Translations under genes and position numbers: made by a program
The notes under the pieces: generated by a model
What the model was told of the DNA's origin: nothing
Seen by the model: only the letters and a program-made list of their open reading frames with translations
The model's database searches: none
From: Dipteris shenzhenensis
Lineage: Eukaryota
Assembly: GCA_047967505.1 (NCBI GenBank)
Contig: CM106538.1
Strand: one strand, 5' to 3'
Length of the DNA: 64,000 bases
Shown: positions 38,363 to 48,775 of the stretch, piece after piece
Layout of the letters: each line of letters begins with the position of its first letter
Position numbering within the stretch: position 1 is the first letter of the stretch

Positions 38363-38623
38363 TAAAATGCTTACCTTTATAAGTACCATCGTTTCATAAG
38401 CAATGCCATCTTTATACTAAACGTAATACAATTTGTTCACAATTTCAATATATTGTTTGTTTAATATTTAATGACACCACTCTATCTATCCCAAGGACTT
38501 TGTACAAATCAGTTCATCTTCAACTTATTGTTCATTTATACAAGATCATACCAGACATCAAAGACTTTGTACAAATCAGTTCAACTTCAATATAATGTTT
38601 GTGCTATATTTGATGTCTAAATC

Positions 38624-40520
38624 CTATTTCTCCCAGGGCCTGCCGATCAGAACTCTCTTTTTGATCTTGATTGGACTCTTTTTCTTCCTTATTGGCTTGA
38701 TGTCGACTGTCTGTTTATCAATGCTTGCCTCTGTTGCTTGTCTGGGAGGGGTATCCTTTTCTTCAGTTGTCTCCACGTGTTCTTCTTCTTGGATTATGTT
38801 GCCTGATGCAATCATGGGTGGCTCTCAAAACCTTATGAGCTTGTGTTTTCCATAGCCCTCCAGACATTTGGGCTCCTTAACACCACATGCTAATGCATAA
38901 CAAAAAGTAAGAGGCCCTAGAGGCCTGCTTATTCACATAATCCCCAAATATATCTATGGCAGACAACCTCTCTATCAAAATGATCTTTTCCTTTTGCCAT
39001 GAAAGATCATGTCCACCTAAAACCCTAGACAAACATTTTAAGAAGTAAACAATGGCTTCTCCATTGTTGCTCAACTGCCTATGGTAAATCAAGATCTTAG
39101 CACTGCCTAGATCATGAATATAATGAGCTAGGCTTGACAGTTTGCCAAACCCAGCCGGCCTGCTTCCACTTGTTCTCTGGAGGAATGTGGCATCCTCAAT
39201 TTGTAGCTGCCACATATCAAAAGATTGGAGTGAGACAATACACAACCTACAAAACATTTAAGCAAAAGATAAAGTATTTGATTTGAAGTAACAAGATCGT
39301 ACCTTCTCATTTTCATAAGCAACAAGCACTTCATCTTTCCAAAGATTTATTCCTCTCCCCTCCGGTCCAGCCTCTTCTTTAAGCTTTTCGGTCCAGCCTC
39401 TTCTTTAAGCTTTTCTGTGTATAGTGCTGAGAGATTCATAGCTTCCTGTGTGAGCTGGAAGGCAGCTTCATCTGGCTCTTGGAACTTTTTAGCCTCTTTG
39501 AAACAAATAGTAAGGGCCTCTGTAGGATCAAAAGTTGTTTCCAAAGCCAGTAGTGAATGGTCATCCTCTATGCCAACCTCCTTGTCAAGCCTTGAAGCCT
39601 GGGCAATAAGGGAAATGGCATAGTCCTCCCTCAAATTGAACATACACTCTATATCATGGAGGAAAACATAATCTTTTCCACCAATCAAGACACCTGGAAG
39701 CATGGGCACTACATAGTTGCTACTCTGAACATCAAAATCTTCAACTGGCTGTGCTACCCTAAGAGTTTCAGTCCTCAGTTGAACAAGGTCAAGAGCAGCC
39801 ACTTGCAACTGTCCTGGAGGTTGATATCTTCTTCTTGCTCTGCCATTTCTATTACCAAAGGAACATCCTGTTTTTCCTCTGCTTCATATGTGTCTTCTTC
39901 TTCAGCCTCCTGCCCTTGTTCATCCAGAGAGTCCTGACTGAAGACAATGTACATAAGGAATGCCATGGTTTCCTCAAGCACTCTACACTTTCTGGTGTGC
40001 AAGTTACAATTGAATTTATATTGATCAGGCAGGCTGTCAAATCTTCTTGTCAATGGAGACAATATGATTTATATGCACAAAAACCTTTTCACCTTCCACA
40101 ATTCTTCCTGCCTCTGTCAGTTGTTTGAAGGTATCCCAATGGTCTGAAAGAAAATCTTTGTGATGCTCCAGTACAGAGCTCATAGTGAACTCCATGTTGA
40201 AAATACTATGGTATACGTGGAAGTTCCTCTGAGCCTTGCATTTGTGAAGAAACTCAAATAGGAGCAAATTTGGAGATTTTTCCTCTTCTGGTTCCTTTTG
40301 TTTTGAGATGGAAGACTCAGCATTCTGCTCCAGTCTCTTCCTTTTGCCTGTTCCAAAATTTATATACATTGAATTCTATATGCTGACATATGCAATCAGG
40401 GAATGCATAGGATATCACCAAATAATTCCCTTCATGAGCTCTCATGACTCACCTGGTGATTGCTGTGGTCTAATTATAGCAGCAGAAAAGTCCAGCTTCC
40501 TCTTGAAAGGAGGGGCCTGA
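38624..40520 (-). pseudogene. Unknown protein-coding relic convergent with the transposase
   Basis: Chain of protein-like minus ORFs (40037-40369, 39775-40062, 39347-39808, 38877-39257, 38624-38815) linked by frameshifts, including a 26-bp tandem duplication at 39363-39414. Confidence 0.5.
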
Positions 40521-40625
40521 GAGTCAACTGTTCCAAAGCAAAAACATTTCTCATCATCAAGGAAGAATTCCACAGGGCCAAAGATAGCAAAACAATGAGG
40601 AAGAAGTGAGAACCAAAAGAGACAC

Positions 40626-42600
40626 AGGAATTTGCAGGAAAACGCGATGTAGGACCATTTGGAAAATGTCAAGCACTCTCCTCGCATTTTGTTGCAAATT
40701 TTCCAGTTCTGTTGATATCCATGTCAAATCAAATGCTAGGATCATCTCACAGATTCCTGGACAGTATGAGTTGATATGCAAGAGAAAGGCTGGAGCTGAG
40801 TGAAGCTTTTCATGAGGAAAGTGTCGAGAATAGGAATTTGCAACAAAATGCGATATGGGCTATCTAGAGATGGATAAAGCACTCTCCTCGCATTTTGTTG
40901 CAAACTTCTAGGTTCTATTCATATCCATCTCCAATCAAATTCTAGGGTGATCTACCAGATTCTTGGACAGTATAAATTGAATATGTAACAAGAAGGGTGG
41001 AGCTGAGTGAAGATATTTGGACATCAAGAATTCTATGGATGGAAGAAATATATGTCAAAAAACATTGAAAAGAATCTAGAATTTTGACCTTTCTTTTCCT
41101 TTTCCATGCTGTTGGAGTTATGCTGTTGGAGTTGCACTGGTGAATCTCCTGCTCTTTCCCAAACTTGAACTGCAGCCTTGGTAACCTGGAGATCTGGCAG
41201 TGGTAGTAGTCTTCAGGCTCTTCAGGCAAGTTGCAGTCTGGATGGAGTGTGCTGGGTAGGAAGGGATCAGAGAGGGAAGGAAAAGGATGATGGGAGGGTG
41301 TTGGCAGGGATGAAAGATTGGGAGGTAGGGGAGGGAAGAGTGGTTGTGGAACTGATTATGAAATCATGAATGGCACAAGTTCCAAGGCAAAAAGTGTCCC
41401 TTTCACATGTGCCAAGTTTCAAATTCCAAGAGATCTGGGTCCCACCCACACGTGTGAAAAAACGAGTCCATTCCACACGTGTGGGATTTAGCAGCTGCCT
41501 TGTTTGTATTTTGCACTAATCTTTTCCCTCCTGTTTAATCTCTCTTGTGTCGGCCCTCTTGTCTCAGCTCTCTTGCCTCCCTACCTTCGTACTCTGCACC
41601 ATCAGCACCCTGACCAGCAGCACAGGTTCATCCCCAGCACAGGGTACTCATCAGCAGCACAGCACACCCGCATATAGCTTCCAGGTCTGTAGGACTCTTT
41701 ATATCCTGATCTTCTTGTTTAATAGTATAACACACATGGCTATAGGATGTGATGTACCTTGGATATTAGGATAAAGATTATAGGCATTCCTAAGGTTTTT
41801 CCATTGCAACCACAAGCAGGAAGACTTTTGAATTAGGCTGGTTGAGTGAGAGATTGATCATCTCTATAGATTTAGCAATGTTTGCAGATCTTAATGTGTG
41901 ACAATTGCATTTAAGGATAAAACTTTATCTATGGGTTCCTCCTTCAGTCTGTGCACTCTTCTTGCCTTTCATAGGCTCAATCCATCCTGCATGAACTTGC
42001 AAACACATTAAAATGACTGAAGGCATGTTCCAGCATGCTGCCTCATGAATTTGCAGGAAAATGCGAGGAGAAGGCTTTAGGAATTTCAAACAGCCGAAAT
42101 CGCGTTTTGTTGCAAATATTGAACTGTTGCTTCATCCACCCCTATTATTCTAGTTTTGTGTCTTTCTAAGTTGTCCATGGCTGGACTCTCCTTGCATAAA
42201 CTCAATCCATATTGTATTTTGTTGTAAGGATAGAGAAATCATTGTAGGAATGCACCAGCATGTCAATCCAGGTATTTGCAGGAAAACGTGATATCGAGCT
42301 GTTAGGCATTTTAAACTGTCCATATCACGTTTTATTGCAAATTTGTATATGTTGCTTCAGCCACCCCTGTCCATGGCTGTACTCTCCTTGCATAGACTCA
42401 ATCCATATTGTATTTAGTTGTAAAGAAAGAGAAATCACTGTAGAAATGTACTAGCATGTCAATTCAGGTATTTGCTTCATCCGCCCCTGTCGTTGTGGAT
42501 TTCTATCTTTCTCCAGTCAAATCCTAGAATGATCTACCAGATTCTTGGACAGTGAGAGTTAGATATGTAGCAAGAAGAGGGGAGCTGAGTAAAAATATTC
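40626..42600. repeat. ~200-bp-period degenerate tandem repeats carrying 17-bp inverted-repeat cassettes
   Basis: Arms tttgcaRSaaaaYgYga / tcRcRttttRttgcaaa at 40631/40682, 40837/40888, 42050/42100 and 42275/42325. Confidence 0.85.
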
Positions 42601-43146
42601 ATAGGAATTTGTCTAGGAAGGGGTGATTAGAGATTATTGTTACAAATATATGGGATGTTCTATGAGATTATTGGACAACAGGACTAGGACATGTGACAAG
42701 AAATGCTGGAGCTGTGGAAAATGGGATATGGGATGTGGTGGATGGAAATTACCCAGATATCTGGACATCAAGAAGTCTATCGATGGAAGAAATATATATC
42801 AAAAAACATTGAAAAGAATCTAGAACTCTGACCTTTCTTTTCCTGTGAATCTCCTGCTCTCTCCCAAACTTGAGCTGTAGCCTTGGTAACCTGGAGCTTT
42901 GGCAGTGGTAGTAGTCTTCAGGCAGGTTGCAATCTGGATGGAGTGTGGTGGGTAGGAAGGGATCCGAGAGGGAAGGAAAAGGATGATGGGAGGGTGCTAG
43001 CAGGGATGAAAGATTGGGAGGCAGGGGAGGGAAGAGTGGTTATGGAACTGATTATGAAATCATGAATGGCACAAGTTCCAAGGCAAAAAGTGTCCCTTTC
43101 ACATGTGCCAAGTTTCAAACTCCAAGAGATCTGGGTCCCATCCACA
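41013..43146 (+). repeat. Direct repeat pair (~41013-41450 and ~42757-43146)
   Basis: Both run from ggacatcaagaa..ctat through ggatgaaagattgggag to ccaagagatctgggtccca; translated shadows 41178 and 42883 are near-identical. Confidence 0.9.
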
Positions 43147-43586
43147 TGTAAATATGTATTCTATTCTTTTCTGATATAATGTAATCACACACCCTCATTT
43201 TTTATTTTTTATTTTTATTTTTTAAAACATTTTTGTTTTTTTTACCTCCTTAATTTCCACTTTTGTCTTAAGCTTGTAATTTTCATTGGCATTTATTAGA
43301 TTTTAGCCTCATTTACATCCTATCATCTTGATGAGTAGCTTAGTTGCATTGCATAGATGTGTACTCCATTCACGCTTTGTCGATTCCATGATCGATTTCT
43401 TGTGGCATAAGTATAGTTTTACCACCTGACAGTGCAGCTATCCAAATGTTGAATCTTGCACCTGCATCCACGATGGCTGATATTTATTCACACTTTGTGC
43501 TTACTGTCTCTTCATAAGGTCATCATTTCTCATGTCTCTTAATTTATCTGTATGTATTCTCTGAAATCTTTTAAGGGTGCTAAAGA

Positions 43587-46500
43587 ATGCCTCATAATTC
43601 CCTAAAGCGGGCATTACAGGAGGCTATCTATAGCCCAACGAGCAGAAGTGGTACCACCAAGAACATCACTGCTTTCATTGCCACCATATTGCTGGGCACG
43701 GCAAGAAGGATTATCCGAAGTGGCTTGCCGAGAAGGCTGCAAAAGCACCTACTTCGTATGTTGCCAATGTATTGGGACTTCCAGCCCCGCCTCCATCCTC
43801 AACTACGAACGCTGTCTTCCCTGCTTTGAATGCCGTTTTCACGGTGGTCTTTCAAGGTAAGAAGGAGGGTGATTTCTCAGATCAAAAGAAGGCACTCATT
43901 CGAGCGTACGACATAGCTAACGGGCATCAGTTTATTGTCCTATTCGATATGGGGAGTTCAAAAGATGCCATCTCCCCTTAGCTTGCCAAGACAGTGAGGT
44001 GTACCTTGGTGCCTCACGAGCTTGCAGTGGATGGGTTCATGCCCGGCTTGCGCACACACATCATGCATAAGGCCATCCATGCAAGCAATGGTGGATCTAC
44101 TCCAATAGTTCCAAGACATCATGCTCCGGGATTGATCTGCCACCCCAGTTGCCTCCCAACCGACCGGAATACCATCGCATTAATCTACTTTTGGACTTGA
44201 CACCTCCAAGTAAGTTCCCATATCGACTTTCCAAGTCTATGGAGGGGGAGTTAGAGCAGCAATTGTCTCAATTACTGCGCGTAGGGTTTATTAGACCTTC
44301 TTCTTCGCCTTTTGCTACACCATTCTATTTGTGGCAAAGAAGGAGAAGTCCGCATGACTATGTGTCGACTACAGAGCACTCAACAAGCTTATGGTAAGCC
44401 ACAAGTTTCCTATGCCCTGCATTGAGTACATCTTGGAAAGACTCAATGGTGCAAGATTTTTTTCAAAGATTGACATCAAGAGTGGCTACCATCAAGTCCG
44501 TATTTTTGAAGCGGACATCCCAAAGACAACTTTTCGAATAGAGCGAGCTCATTACGAGTTTGTAGTCATGCCCTTTGGTCTGAAGAATGCACCACCAACA
44601 TTCAACAAGATGATGTCGCGGGTATTCACAGAGTATATAGGGAAGTGCCTGTTCATCTTTCTCGATGATATCCTGATCTTTTCCGCTACAGCCGAGCAAC
44701 ATATTAAGGATGTGCGATGTGCCCTACAGGTATTACGTGATAACTAGCTATACCTCAATGCAAAGAAAAGTGAATTTGGCTTGCTAGAAATTCAATATTT
44801 GGGCTACATCATTAGTGCTCAAGGGATTCGATTGGACCCTGAGAAGATCCAAGCTATCACAAGTTGGGCTGTCCACTCGATGGCTCAAGAGATTGGATCC
44901 TTTGTGGGTTTGTGTCAAGCATACAGCTCACACATGGAGGGTTTCTCAACATACGCAACCCCTCTTATAGATTTACTCAAAGGGGTAAAGATACGCAGAC
45001 AAAAGTTCAAGTCATAGGCAAAGCTTTGCAGGCCTTCCATGACTTGTAACGGTTGGCCATGACAACACCAGTTATGAAGATCGCCTATTGGGATGATCCA
45101 TTTTTGGTAATCACAGACGCTAGCAATGTCGCCATAGGGGCAATTTTACAGCAAAAGGATAGACTCGTGGCATATTACAGCAGAAAGCTTAACGATGCCG
45201 AAAAGAACTATTCAGTGTATGATAGAGAGCTCCTCGGTGTCATCCAAGCATTAAAACATTGGAAGCCTTTCCTATACAGAAGGACTTTCATGGTTAAGAC
45301 AGATCACCAAGCCCTTAAGTGGCTTCAGACAATGCCTAGTGCGCAATGGAGCGATCGGCAACAACGGTGGAGCCAAATATTCCAGTAGTTTGGGGGAATA
45401 ATCGAGTACGTTCTTAGCAAAAACAACCCCGTTGCCAACGCTCTCAGTCGGAAAGGTTCCATCTAGACCATTGAGCATGCCATTGTGCTTGAAATCAAAG
45501 GAAAGGATCTTGATAGCATGAAGGCACAGTACGCGAAGTCAGCAGAGTTTGGCACACAATTCTAGTTAGCCACGACGCTTGCTCCAGGCCATTACTCATT
45601 AGAGGATGGTTGGATTTTCTATAAGAAAAGATTATGTGTACTCAAAGACAAACGGCAGTTGCTTCTTCATGATGCCCATGATGTCCTTACCAGTGGTAAC
45701 AGAGGTATCAACAGGACTTTGGAGAAGTTAGAGCACTATTTCTATTGGCCAAAGATGCAGAAGGACGTATACGGCTATGTTCAGAATTGTCAGATATGCC
45801 AAAAGGTCAAGGCTTCCCAGAAGAAAGCGACAGGCTTACTTATGCCATTGCCAATCCCCGACGGTCCTTTTCAGGACATAGGTATGGATTTCGTGGGGCC
45901 ACTTCCAACATCTGCAGGTACGCGTAATACTCAATGTCTTAATATTGTTTGTCACTTTAGTAAATATTGTATGCTTATTCCTTGCAAACAAACAGCAAGC
46001 GCTGAAGATGTAGCTCGTTTGTTTATCAAGTATTAGTATCCCATTGGAGGGTTGCCAAAGACCATCACAGGACTCCAAGTTTACGTCTAACTTTTGGCGA
46101 GCCTTGTTTGATAATTTTGGTACTAAGCTATAGATGTCCAGCGCTTTCCATTCGCAATCGAACGGTGAGATGGAAAAGTATAATGGTATGGCATTTGATA
46201 TTTTGAAATCATATTGTCATGATGCTCAGGGAAAGTGGGAGCAGTTTCTTCCCCCAGGCCATTCTAAATGATACCTATTCTTCGAGTTTACCTCACTCGT
46301 CACCCGGATGGTGTCTCCATCTCTTGAAGCCAACAAAACCACTGAATCAATGGTAGATATTATGGAGTCCGTGAAAAGCCGCATTGCCAAAGCTCAAGCA
46401 TCGTAAACGCGCCAGGCTAACAAATCCAGACGAGATGTCCAGTATAAAGAGGGGCAATGGGTGTATTTACGTATTATCAAGCAAAGATTGAAGCAGGTGG

Positions 46501-48069
46501 GCAAGCGATGCCCTAAGCTGTCCTTCAGGAGCTTCGGACCATTCCCTATTATTCAAAAGATCAATGATGTCTCGATGAAGTTACGCCTTCCAGACAGTTG
46601 GACTATGCACAATGTGTTTCATGTAGCTTGGTTGAAGCCATATTTTGGACCTCCTCTTTCAAAGATTTCCGACGAGCAACAACCTAAAGTTCTTGATGAA
46701 GCCGAAGTTTTGCAGCCAGAACAGATCCTTCATAATAAATTCAAGCATGGGTTAGGACGCAGGATGCGGGAGTTTTACACCAAGTTCTGTGATCGAGGTA
46801 CTCATGAAGCAGTATGGTTGTACGGAGATTTTTTCCAAGAGTTTCCCCAGATATTGGCGGACTACTTGGAAGCAATGAACCTACCGCCAAGTTAAGGAGG
46901 AGGGAATGTCACATGCACTCCTGCACTTGGGTGCAAAGTGACACACTAGCTACATCGACAAGTGCGTAATAGTTCCCTAATAGGAGATTTTGTCGTATGA
47001 TGTGACCCCTTTTGTGAGCCCTTGTCCAGGGACAGCAGTCAGGCACAAGCTACGTAAGTCAGTATCTCAGCCTTAGGTCAAGTCAAAAGATCAGTCCTTG
47101 TTCACTGGTACCCACTGGAGAACCGTAGGGTAGTGTTTCCGTCTTAGGTTTAGGTCTAGGATAGGAGCCCTTTTGGGCCCCCTCAGGGCTGGAACAAGTG
47201 AAGAGAATGGCAGGGGAAGGGCTGCCTTTATAGGCTACCTTGCACCCCTCCCTAGGCTACCTTTATGGGGCCTAGGTTTGGCATTCATGGGGCCAGCCAA
47301 CCAGCCCCAAAAGCCCTATAAATAGGGGGCCTCCAAGCCCTCTTTCCTCATTCAGTTCTCCCAGCACTGCAGCCTCCTACAGCTCCTCTCTAGCCTCCCC
47401 TCTGAATAGCTTGACACTCCCCAGCGGTGGTCCTCTGACCAGCCTCAGCCCTTGGCATCAATTCAGCCGTCTGGGAACGGTGTTACGCAGCACATCAGAT
47501 GGGGAGTCGCGACAGCGAACGGAGTAAGGTTTGGGGTCTGTTTCAGCAGCTCTTTTCATTTATCTCTTACAGTTTTACACAGCTCATTCTCAGCTCTTTA
47601 TTTCAATCATCTCTTAGCTCTCTTTTAGGATCTATCACTCCTAGCTTTCACTCTCTCACTCATGCAGTAAACCTACATTTCGGTGGATAGCATAAGCCTC
47701 TCCCTTGCCTTGTAGAAGCGTCCTACATCGTCAGTGTGGACAGCATCAAGGTCTCGGTATTGGTTGGCGTTGCCTCTTAGGTCTTTGGGTCTACTATACG
47801 TGTGCACAGTGAGCTCTTCAAAAGCACATTTCGTGCTCTCTCGAAGAGTGTTCTTTGTATTTCTCAGTTCTCCAAGTATAAAGCAAATTCTCCCCTGATT
47901 GGGGGAGGGGGCCCTCAATGGGTATAGGGACCCAATCGGTTGTCGACTCTACTCTCTCTCTACCCTCATCTCCTTTTTCTTTCTATGGTAAACAACACTA
48001 ATTCCTCGCTAAAGGTTTAAAGAAGGTCTTGTTGTGAATTACACGATTAGATTACCGTTGCATGTTACA
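43587..48069 (+). mobile_element. 5'-truncated chromovirus (Ty3/gypsy) with chromodomain integrase and 3' LTR
   Basis: Zn knuckle near 43670; AP VLFDMGSS; RT FSKIDIKSGYHQVRI, YEFVVMPFGLKNAP, FLDDILIFS; RH TDASNVAIGAIL, NYSVYDRELL; INT IGMDFVGPLP; GPF motif; C-terminal chromodomain-like PEQIL...FYTKFCDRGTHEAVW; PPT aaggaggagggaa at 46894-46906. Confidence 0.9.
46907..48069 (+). repeat. 3' LTR of chromovirus (1163 bp)
   Basis: Begins tgtcacatgca directly after the PPT and ends tgcatgttaca (terminal inverted repeat, one mismatch); TATA ctataaata near 47316. Confidence 0.8.
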
Positions 48070-48775
48070 ATTACAATAAGTATTTGGCTTCTGTAGGTGA
48101 CAAAGAATCAATTGGTTTTTTGTTGAAATTGCTCCTTGGCCAAGAAAAAGTGCATCACTTTAGGTTGACCTTCTTATATATCCATAGTCACTATCATAGT
48201 AACCATGCAACCTAGTGTGCCTTCCTTTGTATTCAACTTCGAAATAGTTTTGTTCCTCTCATGTATCTCGACACTCTTTGAGTAATGCCTCAACTAGCTT
48301 TGCTTATCCTTAAAGCCTTGCTTTTCCTAGATTAGCCTTGCTTTTTGTAGTCTATGGGGTCTAAACTTCATGCATGCTAGCTCGAGTCTCAAGCTTAGGT
48401 ATGCAATAATTTTGAAAATCACAAGGGAATCAAATATAATGGGGAAATCTCTTGTAAGAAACTTAGAAGCTCCGTCATTTGTGCGTGTCCACAAATCACA
48501 GAAAAGTAAAACTATAAATTGCAGCAGAAACAATGAAACTTTGGAGGTCTGTTGATTCTTAGAAATAGCGAGTGCCCACAAAAAAGTCACAAGCTATAAA
48601 TTGCAGAAATCACAAAATTTTCAGGTCTGCCAATCGGAAAGTGCAATCTTGATTTCTGGAACAGCAGATTCAGAATTCACACTGACTTGTTTTTGACAAA
48701 GATTCATGACCTATAAAGGCAGCTTCCTATCGTAAGATTACAATTGGACTCAAATGGCTAACCCCACAAGCACAA

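Noticed and set aside
38624-40520. RAG2-like identity for the convergent ORF
   Set aside because: No recognisable kelch repeats or PHD Cys/His pattern.
40626-42600. Possible CRISPR-like array
   Set aside because: Eukaryotic context, no cas genes, arms are inverted rather than direct, and the spacers are related to one another.
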